Origin: a virus
Lineage: Duplodnaviria; Heunggongvirae; Uroviricota; Caudoviricetes
Direction: 5' to 3' (one strand)
IMG/VR virus record: IMGVR_UViG_2531839532_000013
Coordinates: 1 to 17,312 of that record
DNA: 17,312 nucleotides
Each line of letters starts with the position of its first letter. Position 1 is the first letter of the stretch. The position numbers were made by a program, and so were the translations under genes. The notes beneath the pieces are model-generated. The model was not told the DNA's origin. It saw only the letters and a list, made by a program, of their open reading frames with translations, and ran no database searches. Positions 7,513-15,554 of the stretch are shown piece by piece.

Positions 7513-7938
7513 ATGAAAAGCTTTTACGTATTAATTTTAATTCTGGTTGCAAGCTTTGTTAGCGTCCCAGTTCAGGCGGTAACAGCTAAAAACTATGAGA
7601 AAGGAACTAAAGCTCAACAGAAATCAATATCTTACCTTTCATGTGCATTCTATGGCAGTAGCACACAATTAGATCCTAGCTACACGGAGCAAGTACCTAC
7701 AGCCGATATCAAGATATTACAGAAAGCAGCTTACCACGCTTACAACGATGCGCTCTCATACTTTGGCTATGAGGAACCAGATCACGAACAACGCATAATT
7801 GATTATGCTGAATTTGTGGCGTCGCAAGAAGCTGTGTTATGGGATAAGCCGGGAATGAATGGAAAGCAGGTAACACTAATTGCTCGTTCTCTCTACAATG
7901 AGAGTAACTGTAACTTGTTACTGGACTCAATTAAGTAG
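7513..7938 (+). CDS. Hypothetical secreted (signal-peptide) protein, 141 aa; AT-rich cargo gene
   Basis: ATG at 7513 with GAGG 8 nt upstream; N-terminus MKSFYVLILILVASFVSVPVQA has basic-hydrophobic-AxA signal-peptide form; no family recognised; visibly AT-rich block. Confidence 0.65.
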   Translation: MKSFYVLILILVASFVSVPVQAVTAKNYEKGTKAQQKSISYLSCAFYGSSTQLDPSYTEQVPTADIKILQKAAYHAYNDALSYFGYEEPDHEQRIIDYAEFVASQEAVLWDKPGMNGKQVTLIARSLYNESNCNLLLDSIK

Positions 7939-8097
7939 GAAAAAGATGGTATTTTGCCCGTAGTTTCAACCTTAATCTCCGAACCTGTCGCAGAACGGGC
8001 GTTCACTCATCAAATAAACGCCACACCTAACGCCTCACTGTACTCGTTGTTCAACCTTGCTGACGCCAGAACCAAGTTCAGACGCCAGCAACTTTTC

Positions 8098-8331
8098 TTA
8101 ATGCAGCCAGCTGTCGTCTTCCCACACCTTCTGCATAATCTTCATCACTTGTTTTCTTTCTTCGTCCAGTTGCAGTCCGGTCAGTTCCACACCGTTAGAG
8201 CTACCTTTGCGGATGCGAATTACCGTTTTGGGATACAGGGGGCGCAGATTGCGGTAAAGCTCGGATTCAAGGGCGTCCAGGGGAGACTGGCTAATCTTCT
8301 GCTCTTTATCGATCATTATTTCAATGCGCAT
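8098..8331 (-). CDS. DinI-family protein (SOS-associated RecA modulator family), 77 aa from the internal ATG
   Basis: From ATG 8331 (GAGGGG upstream) the protein MRIEIMIDKEQKISQSPLDALESELYRNL...KQVMKIMQKVWEDDSWLH aligns by eye along its whole length with E. coli DinI. The longer ORF-track start at 8403 overlaps the upstream gene and is probably not used. Confidence 0.8.
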   Translation of the reverse strand: MRIEIMIDKEQKISQSPLDALESELYRNLRPLYPKTVIRIRKGSSNGVELTGLQLDEERKQVMKIMQKVWEDDSWLH

Positions 8332-8341
8332 AAAGGTCCCC

Positions 8342-8530
8342 TCAGCTGATGACATCCATTGAGCGGTTGTATTCGTGGGTTCTGATTTTTGCCATGAGTT
8401 CATCTGTCAGTTCAGAAACCCACTGCAAAGCCAGCCCCTTCTCTTCATCACTACACTCACTAGCCGCTACAAGCTTAAGAAAAAAATCAATGCGCTGGAG
8501 CTTCAAAGACTCCAAAAAATAGTCCTGCAT
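8342..8530 (-). CDS. Small hypothetical protein, 62 aa; possible Tum-like antirepressor N-terminal module
   Basis: ATG at 8530 preceded by AGGAGG; lies directly upstream of the DinI-like gene and downstream of a LexA box. The longer track ORF from 8632 has no comparable ribosome-binding site. Function is inferred from context only. Confidence 0.5.
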   Translation of the reverse strand: MQDYFLESLKLQRIDFFLKLVAASECSDEEKGLALQWVSELTDELMAKIRTHEYNRSMDVIS

Positions 8531-8571
8531 CTTTCCTCCTATGACACCACAAGCAATACTGTATACATAAC

Positions 8572-8591
8572 CACTGTTTATATTTACAGTA
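8572..8591. promoter_or_regulatory. LexA operator (SOS box), CTGT-N8-ACAG, upstream of the small-protein/DinI-like gene pair
   Basis: CACTGTTTATATTTACAGTA at 8572-8591 with CTGT 8574-8577 and ACAG 8586-8589; an additional half-site-like TACTGTATACATA at 8557-8569; located 42-61 nt upstream of the ATG at 8530. Confidence 0.7.
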
Positions 8592-8683
8592 TATAATAAT
8601 CTTACTGATGTAAAACGTTTTTTTACGTTCATTAGCCTGATATGCCTGGTATTATTAAGAGCACGAATTGTTAACCCGCGTAA

Positions 8684-11098
8684 TTAATACAGGTTTCGCC
8701 ACTTATCATCTTCCTGCAAACGCTGGTTCCGATAGAAGATACGCAGGCCTGCTCCTGACGGAATACTGCCGCCGCGAAGGAGTAAATCGACCTCTTTCTC
8801 GCTGCCATTAAATCCTCTGGACTTCAGTTCATAGACTAGCTGCTGTCGCTGATGGTCTGTAATTCGCTGTTTGTAGTCTTTACGCCGTTTCGGTTTCACC
8901 AGGCGTAACCTTGCAGCCAGTTCCCGGCGCTCTTTTTTGCTCATACTGTGCAGGTAATCGTGCAACTCCTTGTCATCCATGCGGGTAATGTCCGTCCTGG
9001 TATCCCCATCAGCTGATTTGTCTTTCCCTTGTTGGTTCAAATTTTCAGCAAGGGGACAGTTATTGCCACGAGTCCAAGGGGCGCAAGCGCCCTGGTCGGC
9101 TGCCGCCTCCTGAACGTCAACGGCTTTACGAACCATTTTCCACTTCACTGCATGAGTGCAGATCTTGCCCTCTGCAATGGGTGACCAGATGCCATAAATA
9201 CGAATACCGTGATCGCCATAGGCGGTCGGCTCTTCGTTGATTTCATAAGCGGTTCTGATGAGGTGATATTTACGGGGAACCAGTACGCCGCCCTGCTTCA
9301 TGATGTAGGTAGCAAAACAACCAGCATCAGCAGCAGCCAGAATGGCATCAAGACGCGGGTTATCCAGTACCGGCGCACCTGCTTTTTTGTCACCCTGTTG
9401 CCTTGCCACCTGACCAGCCAGCAAGCGAAGTTCACGGTAAGCCTGACGTCCCGGAATACCAAAGAAGCGGAATTGCTGTACACGATGCAGAGACGCCCAG
9501 GCATTAACGTATTCAGCGTTATCACGCAAGGATTTACCCGTTTCCTTACTGATCTCGCCAGCCAGACCACGCCCGTCAATGTTCTTACTGATGTATTTCG
9601 CGATGTAGCTTGTCGGCGTTCCTTTGCGCGGGTTTATCAGCTCAGACTTAAAGCGTGGCTCCGTGTTATTGCCCAGCTCCTCGCGGTCTTCACGGATGGC
9701 AAACTTACGCAGTAATGCAGTGATGGCGCGGCGGTCTTTTTTGCGCATGAAACACAATAGGTGCCAGTGAACGGTGCCGTCATGATGAGGCTCAGCCACC
9801 CGCACGCCATACCAGCGCAACCCGGCTTTATGCATAGCCTTACGAAATGCAGCAAACATGCCGACCAGATAATCGCTGCTTTGTCTTACCGTCGCATTTG
9901 TCCAGGTCGGGTTGGGCCTGCCGTTATTTAGCGTGGAATGGAAACGTGACGGACAGGTGATGGTGTAGAAAACGGCGCAGTCACCGCGCATTTCCGCGAT
10001 AAGCTCCAGACCTTTAACACAGGCCATCATCTCATTGCGGCGATGCGCAGGGTTGCTGCTGCTGGCGTTTACCACATCCTCCATGTCCAGTGTGTCGCCG
10101 TCTTCGTTCACCAGTTCATGAGAACGGAAAAACTCCAGTGACTTGCGGCGCTGCTCACGTTTATGCATCACGGCTTCATAGCTAACATAGGGAGATGCTT
10201 TTTTGCTGACCAGGCAGACAGCACGCAACTGCTCTTCCCGCCATTCGCAACGCATCTTCCATAATTTCCGATACCACCAGTCGGCGCACAACATACGCGC
10301 CAGCGAACCCGGAATGAGTTCATAGGGCACGGGTTTGCGGCGGTTTCTTTTCCGACGAAGTTGCTCAAACGCAGGCGGTATGACATCCAGTCGCAGGGTT
10401 TCCGCTGCTACCTTTTCCCATGTCTTGCGGATTTCTTCTGGCTTAACATCATCGGTGGCATACAAATCGCCACAAGCGGCATCAAGGCACATGCTCATAT
10501 GCGCAGCTACCAGGGTGGACAGGCGTTTTACCTGATCCTGACTCATTTCAGGCAGAATCAGCAGGCCGTCCAGCCCTTCATGGCTTGCCATAAAGCGAAA
10601 AGAAGTGGATAGCTGACTGTCGCGTACATGCTCCAGCCGTTCCAGACATGGCTTAATCGTCTTACGCAAATAGCGGGAATAAGCCTTTGGCCTGCCCAGT
10701 CTGCTGAAGTATTCAATACGTTGCATCAGCGGCTTGCTGATATGGGAAGGCTGGGCGTTAACGTCCGCCAGAATGACCATGTCTGGATTAAAACGCTGCT
10801 GCTCATGCGCCAGCTTTGCCCGGCTAATAAGCTTATCCTGCTCCATTTCGCGTTGGACAGGATCACGGGATTCATTAAAGAAATAACGCTCCCAGACCTG
10901 ATCACTCAGTGCCTCGCGGCGCAGCTGTTCCTGCTCGTTATCGGTAGCGTACAGAGTGATCAGGTTTGAAAGCGCAGAAACCGGCGCAACTTCCGCCGGG
11001 TCCAGATAAGGGTTAATAGCCTTTTTCGGGCTGTTCCATGAGAATGCTGCGGCGACCTCGTTAACGCCGCTGCAGTTGTTCATATCGGCATGACTCAT
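8684..11098 (-). CDS. A: Replication initiation endonuclease gpA (rolling-circle initiator), 804 aa
   Basis: ATG at 11098 overlaps the Dam stop (minus-strand ATGA); HUH-type motif within [10 protein letters not shown]; size and position at the end of the early operon match P2 gpA / 186 A. Confidence 0.85.
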   Translation of the reverse strand: MSHADMNNCSGVNEVAAAFSWNSPKKAINPYLDPAEVAPVSALSNLITLYATDNEQEQLRREALSDQVWERYFFNESRDPVQREMEQDKLISRAKLAHEQQRFNPDMVILADVNAQPSHISKPLMQRIEYFSRLGRPKAYSRYLRKTIKPCLERLEHVRDSQLSTSFRFMASHEGLDGLLILPEMSQDQVKRLSTLVAAHMSMCLDAACGDLYATDDVKPEEIRKTWEKVAAETLRLDVIPPAFEQLRRKRNRRKPVPYELIPGSLARMLCADWWYRKLWKMRCEWREEQLRAVCLVSKKASPYVSYEAVMHKREQRRKSLEFFRSHELVNEDGDTLDMEDVVNASSSNPAHRRNEMMACVKGLELIAEMRGDCAVFYTITCPSRFHSTLNNGRPNPTWTNATVRQSSDYLVGMFAAFRKAMHKAGLRWYGVRVAEPHHDGTVHWHLLCFMRKKDRRAITALLRKFAIREDREELGNNTEPRFKSELINPRKGTPTSYIAKYISKNIDGRGLAGEISKETGKSLRDNAEYVNAWASLHRVQQFRFFGIPGRQAYRELRLLAGQVARQQGDKKAGAPVLDNPRLDAILAAADAGCFATYIMKQGGVLVPRKYHLIRTAYEINEEPTAYGDHGIRIYGIWSPIAEGKICTHAVKWKMVRKAVDVQEAAADQGACAPWTRGNNCPLAENLNQQGKDKSADGDTRTDITRMDDKELHDYLHSMSKKERRELAARLRLVKPKRRKDYKQRITDHQRQQLVYELKSRGFNGSEKEVDLLLRGGSIPSGAGLRIFYRNQRLQEDDKWRNLY

Positions 11099-11952
11099 GC
11101 ACGTACTCCGTACACGGCAGAACTATCCACGCCACGCGAATAATCAAATCCCACCCAGCAGCGCGGCCCGGAAACAGCAATGATTTCTGTTGCTGATTTA
11201 CCCTCGCCAGCTGCCACACCGATGCTGCGTTTTACCTTGATATAGTGGTGAGTAAAATTGCGATACAGCGAACGGATCAGGGATGTGTCACTGTTAGAAA
11301 CAATGACCGGATGTCCTTCTGATGACCGATGTTCAAGAACGGATGCAAGGTGATACTGGTCATCTTCAGTGAAACCGTCAGTGTGATAACCGGAAAACGT
11401 ACCGTCATACGGCGGATCGCAATACACCACATCCCCCGCCTTCAACATCGCCAGCGTTTCATCAAAGCTGGCGCAGATAAACGTTGCCCGCTGGGCTTTT
11501 TCTGCAAATGCGCGAATTTCTTTTTCAGGGAAATACGGATTTTTATAATTACCGTAGGGAATGTTGAAATGCCCGCTCTTGTTATAGCGACATAAACCAC
11601 GGTAACCGTGACGATTGAGATACAGGAAATATACCGCTTTCATGAAATCAGTAATTTCAGTTGAGTAATTAAACTCCTGCCTTATGTTGTAATAAGCCAC
11701 CTCCCTGTTTGCGATCTCAAATAAAACTCTGGCGCGAGATATAAATGATTCACAATCAGCAGCAACCTTTTTATAGAGGTTGATTAAATCAGGATTAATA
11801 TCCGCAACAAGATAGCTGGGGTACTCCGTCTCCATCATCACTGCACAGGAACCCGCGAAAGGTTCAACCAGTCGCGGGCCAGCAGGAAGGTGTTTTTTCA
11901 GTTCGGACATAATTGCGGTTTTATTTCCCGCCCATTTCAGGATGGTGCTCAT
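11095..11952 (-). CDS. DNA adenine methyltransferase (Dam family), about 285 aa
   Basis: ATG at 11952 with GGAGG upstream (track start 12012 is TTG); N-terminal LKWAGNK, AdoMet-binding-like EPFAGS, and catalytic DPPY motif; an unusual C-terminal tail reaches the A start. Confidence 0.85.
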   Translation of the reverse strand: MSTILKWAGNKTAIMSELKKHLPAGPRLVEPFAGSCAVMMETEYPSYLVADINPDLINLYKKVAADCESFISRARVLFEIANREVAYYNIRQEFNYSTEITDFMKAVYFLYLNRHGYRGLCRYNKSGHFNIPYGNYKNPYFPEKEIRAFAEKAQRATFICASFDETLAMLKAGDVVYCDPPYDGTFSGYHTDGFTEDDQYHLASVLEHRSSEGHPVIVSNSDTSLIRSLYRNFTHHYIKVKRSIGVAAGEGKSATEIIAVSGPRCWVGFDYSRGVDSSAVYGVRA

Positions 11953-12176
11953 ACAGCACCTCCGTTGTAATGTTTGCCTTTCAGCTCTGCGATTTCCTGA
12001 CAGGTAATGCAAAGCTGCACTCCAGGAATGGCGCGGCGGCGTGCTGGCGGAATTGGCACTTCACATTCAATGCAAAGCACGCGAGACACGCCCGGTGTTT
12101 TGGCACGGGCAGCACGAATATGGCGCTGGCGTTCTTCTTCAACGCGCTGCTGTACGAGATCCATTGCATCAGCCAT
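11949..12176 (-). CDS. TraR/DksA-type C4 zinc-finger protein, 75 aa
   Basis: CxxC-N17-CxxC (CIECEVPIPPARRRAIPGVQLCITC); start ATG overlaps the upstream stop (TAATG) and its stop overlaps the Dam ATG (ATGA). Confidence 0.7.
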   Translation of the reverse strand: MADAMDLVQQRVEEERQRHIRAARAKTPGVSRVLCIECEVPIPPARRRAIPGVQLCITCQEIAELKGKHYNGGAV

Positions 12177-12409
12177 TAGTGGATCTCCTGCGCTTCGTTC
12201 TGGATTGCTTCAGCGGTCACACGCAGCAGTTCTGCCGCTTCGACGTGGTTTAGCTGGCGGGATGTGATATGACACGCAAGACTATCAAGGCGGGCAGCCA
12301 TTGCTTCAGCCCTTGCCCGGCGTTCTTCCAGACGAGCCTCTGTCAGTAAAATATTTAGCCCTACGTCATCCGGTCCGGTTTTAGTCGTGAGGGTTTCAAT
12401 ATTACGCAT
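12176..12409 (-). CDS. Hypothetical early-operon protein, about 77 aa
   Basis: ATG at 12409 preceded by AGGAG (track start 12415 is TTG); translationally coupled to the zinc-finger gene. Confidence 0.5.
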   Translation of the reverse strand: MRNIETLTTKTGPDDVGLNILLTEARLEERRARAEAMAARLDSLACHITSRQLNHVEAAELLRVTAEAIQNEAQEIH

Positions 12410-12476
12410 AATCAATTCTCCTGAATTTAGATAAAGGGATGCCCGGCGGGTTTACGCCATTAATTTCATTAGCTGG

Positions 12477-12818
12477 TTAATTCGGCATGGTTAGCCGTCT
12501 GGGAAATAAGCTCACCACTGCACGAAAATGATTCATTGCTTTAATCAACTCCCGCTTTTCGTCAGTGGTCAGCTCATTAATGCTGATGCTATGACGTTCA
12601 GCTGGAATTTTTGCCATAAAGAATATGGCAGCCAGTGCCCGTTTATTTTGTTCGCTATTAATATCCCGTGGATCACGCATATCTTTAATAAACCGTTCAA
12701 GCTCTGACTCAATATTAAGACCAAAAACTTTCGCCCTTAACTCCGCAATATGATTAAGTCCATTCAGGCGTTCACCGGGGCTTAATGGAACAGTCGCCGC
12801 AGCGCCTTCAATAGCCAT
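12477..12818 (-). CDS. Hypothetical early-operon protein, 113 aa
   Basis: ATG at 12818 preceded by GGGGGA; same strand and operon as the flanking early genes. Confidence 0.55.
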   Translation of the reverse strand: MAIEGAAATVPLSPGERLNGLNHIAELRAKVFGLNIESELERFIKDMRDPRDINSEQNKRALAAIFFMAKIPAERHSISINELTTDEKRELIKAMNHFRAVVSLFPRRLTMPN

Positions 12819-12982
12819 TTGTTCCCCCGTTTTTTCGTAGATAGTTCTGCCAGCAATTCATCTTGTGAACGGCACGGATGCCAGCGTTTACCATCCTCAC
12901 CCATGATCCAGCCGTGACCGTAGTGCATTGCCGGGCTTTGTTTAACCAGCAGCGATGCAAATGATGGTTCTTTCGTAAGCAT
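12782..12982 (-). CDS. Hypothetical small early protein, about 66 aa
   Basis: ATG at 12982 preceded by GAGGTG, 7 nt after the CII-like stop; overlaps the next gene's start by 37 nt. Confidence 0.4.
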   Translation of the reverse strand: MLTKEPSFASLLVKQSPAMHYGHGWIMGEDGKRWHPCRSQDELLAELSTKKRGNKWLLKALRRLFH

Positions 12983-12989
12983 AAGCACC

Positions 12990-13499
12990 TCACAGCAAAC
13001 CGAATGAAGCACCGAGGCCAGTCACGGTATCAACTGCACTCGCCATCGCAGGGTTAGCCTGTAAACGGGCCTGCAGTGAAACAGCAGCCAGCGCCATCAG
13101 TCGTGTTACAGAGTTAATGCTGCTGATAGCATCACGACGACCTGCACTGGTTTTTACATCGCCAGATACCGCACCTGCAGCAACACGCCCGATCTCTGCG
13201 GTTGCACTCATGACGTAATGCGGCAGTTTCTCTTTTGCTACCTCATTAATCGGTACACATGGCAGGCAGTGAATCTGTGCCAGAAAACCATCTATCAGCG
13301 TTGAATCTTCAGTCAGATCGGTAAGCAGCCAGATTTCTGGCGCATTGAGCTGATGCGGTTGATCTGGGTTGAGTTTGTTTCGCAGAGTCTGGACATTCAT
13401 TCCTGCACGTTCTGCCAGCTTCGCCATATTGTGACGAAGTGCAAAAGCTCTACAGGCTTCATCAAAATGCGGGTGTTTGGAAATCTTATAATCAAACAT
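12990..13499 (-). CDS. CII-like transcriptional activator (phage 186 CII-like), 169 aa
   Basis: ATG at 13499 preceded by AGGGGG; second gene of the leftward early operon after the Cox/Apl-like gene; HTH-like segment; strong resemblance to 186 CII as I recall it (MFD...SKHPH.DEACRAFA.RHNMAKLAE.AGMNVQTLRNKLNP...). Confidence 0.6.
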   Translation of the reverse strand: MFDYKISKHPHFDEACRAFALRHNMAKLAERAGMNVQTLRNKLNPDQPHQLNAPEIWLLTDLTEDSTLIDGFLAQIHCLPCVPINEVAKEKLPHYVMSATAEIGRVAAGAVSGDVKTSAGRRDAISSINSVTRLMALAAVSLQARLQANPAMASAVDTVTGLGASFGLL

Positions 13500-13531
13500 G
13501 CTACCCCCTTAGAAAGTTCTCATAATTGAAC

Positions 13532-13774
13532 TCACTTACCAACAATGACGCGGAAGTTGGAATGACCGAGGGATTCACGGACCTGATCGGTTTTGTACAT
13601 TAAATAACGCAGACTTACGCGGCCTTTGTTTTTTTCTTTCTTGACCATGTATTTAGCAAGCTGACCATGGTGAATTTTTTGATACACGGAGCCGCGGGAG
13701 ATACCTTCCCATTCCGCGAACTCTGCAGGCGTAGCCATCTCTTTTGGTACACGAATTGAAATATCAGTGCTCAT
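13532..13774 (-). CDS. Cox/Apl-like excisionase / early transcriptional regulator, 80 aa
   Basis: ATG at 13774 preceded by GGGAG; first gene of the lytic operon, facing the repressor gene; HTH-like segment. Confidence 0.6.
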   Translation of the reverse strand: MSTDISIRVPKEMATPAEFAEWEGISRGSVYQKIHHGQLAKYMVKKEKNKGRVSLRYLMYKTDQVRESLGHSNFRVIVGK

Positions 13775-13809
13775 AGTGCAGTATCTCCCGATTAAGGTTT
13801 GGTTTACGT

Positions 13810-13876
13810 CGTTTTATCTCGTTTTACTTGATTCAATATTTGATACATAGAGATACTACGATCCAATATTTGATAC
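13810..13876. promoter_or_regulatory. Immunity-region operator candidates: two 13-bp direct repeats CAATATTTGATAC and tandem CGTTTTA repeats
   Basis: CAATATTTGATAC at 13834-13846 and 13864-13876 (30-bp spacing), overlapping the spacer and downstream side of the leftward promoter; CGTTTTA at 13810-13816 and 13820-13826. Confidence 0.5.
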
Positions 13877-13881
13877 GTCAA
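13853..13881 (-). promoter_or_regulatory. Strong sigma70 early lytic promoter (leftward): -35 TTGACG, 17-nt spacer, -10 TAGTAT
   Basis: On the minus strand TTGACG (plus 13876-13881), spacer TATCAAATATTGGATCG, TAGTAT (plus 13853-13858); drives the Cox/Apl-like to A operon. Confidence 0.55.
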
Positions 13882-13893
13882 CAGGATTAAAAA

Positions 13894-14526
13894 ATGATAC
13901 AGGTAAAGGCTGGAGAGAATACAGGGGGAAGAGAGGCTATCCATAGACTAATGGCAGCCTATGATTTCAAGTCCAGACAGCAACTTTGCGATCACTTAGG
14001 CGCATCAAAAAGCACCATGGCAAACAGATACTTAAGAGATAGTTTTCCTGCAGAGTGGGTGATTCAGTGCGCCTTGGAAACAGGAGTTTCTTTACTGTGG
14101 CTAACCACCGGACAGGGAGAGCCAGGTCCAAACATTAAACCTAAAAAAAATATCAATTCCGTGAACTCCAGCAAGGTTGTACCTCTTTCTGAACTAGTAT
14201 CTCCTGAAATTGACAAGGCGACTCTCAACGGTGGTTTATTGGTCGATGCTGGAAAAGCAATCATTGATAGCAGCATACTCCCCTCAGACTCAAGCAACCT
14301 ACTGCTGGTGACTACTTCTGGTGATTCTTATTTAATAGATCGCAACCAAACACCACCAGTAAATGGTATGTGGTTAGTCGATATCGACGGGATAAAAAGC
14401 ATTGTTAAATTGACTCGGCTCCCGGGAAACAAATTAGTAGTGCATCAGGATGATTCATCGTTTGAGTGCGGTCTGGATGACATTGAGGTAGTAGGCCGCG
14501 CACTGAAAATCATTAAGAGCCTTTGA
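13894..14526 (+). CDS. CI-type immunity repressor (phage 186 CI-like), 210 aa
   Basis: ATG at 13894 with AGGA upstream; N-terminal HTH region (...STMANRYLRDSFPAEWVIQCALETGVSLLWLTTGQGEP) resembles 186 CI; immediately upstream of and co-oriented with int. Confidence 0.75.
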   Translation: MIQVKAGENTGGREAIHRLMAAYDFKSRQQLCDHLGASKSTMANRYLRDSFPAEWVIQCALETGVSLLWLTTGQGEPGPNIKPKKNINSVNSSKVVPLSELVSPEIDKATLNGGLLVDAGKAIIDSSILPSDSSNLLLVTTSGDSYLIDRNQTPPVNGMWLVDIDGIKSIVKLTRLPGNKLVVHQDDSSFECGLDDIEVVGRALKIIKSL

Positions 14527-14527
14527 T

Positions 14528-15541
14528 ATGACCATCAGAAAACAGCCGAACGGAAAATGGTTGTGTGAGTGCTATCCCAATGGACGCAATGGCAAGCGCG
14601 TGCGTAAGCAATTTGCTACGAAAGGCGAAGCCATTGCGTTTGAAAGCTTCACAATGGAAGAAGTGAATAAAAAACCGTGGTTGGGTGAAAAGGATGATCG
14701 GCGACGCCTATCAGAATTAATTGAGCTTTGGTATTCCCTGTATGGTCAAACACTCGCAGACCCCAAGCGCCTCATGGCGAAACTTAGAATTATCTGTAAT
14801 GGTCTAGGCGATCCCATCGCCTCAGAACTGACAGCTGGTGACTTTACAAAATACCGCGAAGCACGGTTAAAAGGTGAAATACGAAATGAAGATGGCACAC
14901 TTATGTCGCCCGTAAAGCCCCGTACGGTAAACCTTGAACAGCGCAATCTATCATCTGTGTTCGGTACATTAAAAAAACTAGGACACTGGTCAGCACCAAA
15001 CCCGCTGGCAGGACTTCCGACCTTCAAAATTGCCGAAGGTGAGCTGGCTTTTCTTTCCACGGACGAAATCAAGCGCCTGTTGGCGGCATGTGCTGAATCT
15101 CAAAACCCTAGCTTACTAATGATTGCAAAAATATGCCTAGCTACTGGCGCACGGTGGAGTGAAGCCGAAAATCTGCAGGGCCACCAAATATCGAAATACC
15201 GAATTACTTATACAAAAACAAAAGGCAAGAAAAACAGAACAGTACCCATATCACAGGAGCTGTATGACGAACTCCCAAAGAACAGAGGGAAGTTATTCTC
15301 ACCATGTAGAAAAGCCTTTGAACGAGCAGTAAAACGGGCAGGTATAGATCTACCGGATGGCCAATGCACCCACGTGCTGCGACATACGTTTGCTAGCCAC
15401 TTTATGATGAATGGCGGGAACATACTTGTGCTAAGGGATATTTTGGGACATTCGGATATCAAGATGACCATGGTTTACTCACATTTCTCACCAGATCATC
15501 TTGAAGATGCCGTTACTAAGAACCCATTAAACTTGATATAA
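14528..15541 (+). CDS. int: Tyrosine integrase, P2/186 type, 337 aa
   Basis: ATG at 14528, 1 nt after the repressor stop; strong resemblance to P2 Int including GRNGKR near the N-terminus, LATGARWSEA, HVLRHTFASHFMMNGG and the catalytic-tyrosine region MVYSHF. Confidence 0.92.
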   Translation: MTIRKQPNGKWLCECYPNGRNGKRVRKQFATKGEAIAFESFTMEEVNKKPWLGEKDDRRRLSELIELWYSLYGQTLADPKRLMAKLRIICNGLGDPIASELTAGDFTKYREARLKGEIRNEDGTLMSPVKPRTVNLEQRNLSSVFGTLKKLGHWSAPNPLAGLPTFKIAEGELAFLSTDEIKRLLAACAESQNPSLLMIAKICLATGARWSEAENLQGHQISKYRITYTKTKGKKNRTVPISQELYDELPKNRGKLFSPCRKAFERAVKRAGIDLPDGQCTHVLRHTFASHFMMNGGNILVLRDILGHSDIKMTMVYSHFSPDHLEDAVTKNPLNLI

Positions 15542-15554
15542 AACAGCCAAAATT

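Noticed and set aside
7709-8403. ORFs 7709..7930 (-), 7954..8349 (+), and the long forms of the DinI-like (to 8403) and upstream small protein (to 8632) genes
   Set aside because: The first two are antisense to the secreted-protein and DinI-like genes. For the long forms, DinI homology begins exactly at the internal ATG 8331 and the upstream gene has a far better ribosome-binding site at ATG 8530, so the extended N-termini are most likely untranslated.
9209-10969. Six ORFs inside or antisense to the gpA replication gene (9209..9715, 9298..9579, 9637..9855, 10168..10386, 10335..10612, 10628..10969)
   Set aside because: Nested within a long, well-supported gene; no start signals; considered spurious.
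11329-12267. ORFs 11329..11595, 11913..12179, 11981..12169, 12007..12267 and 12041..12253
   Set aside because: Antisense or out-of-frame overlaps of the Dam, zinc-finger and 77-aa early genes, which are themselves linked by translational coupling; no room for additional genes.
12808-12993. 61-aa minus-strand ORF overlapping the 66-aa early gene in another frame
   Set aside because: Completely contained in the region already occupied by the ORF with the better ribosome-binding site (ATG 12982); kept only the latter, itself at low confidence.
14064-15471. Minus-strand ORFs 14064..14297, 14746..15072 and 15208..15471
   Set aside because: Antisense to the repressor and integrase genes; no start signals.
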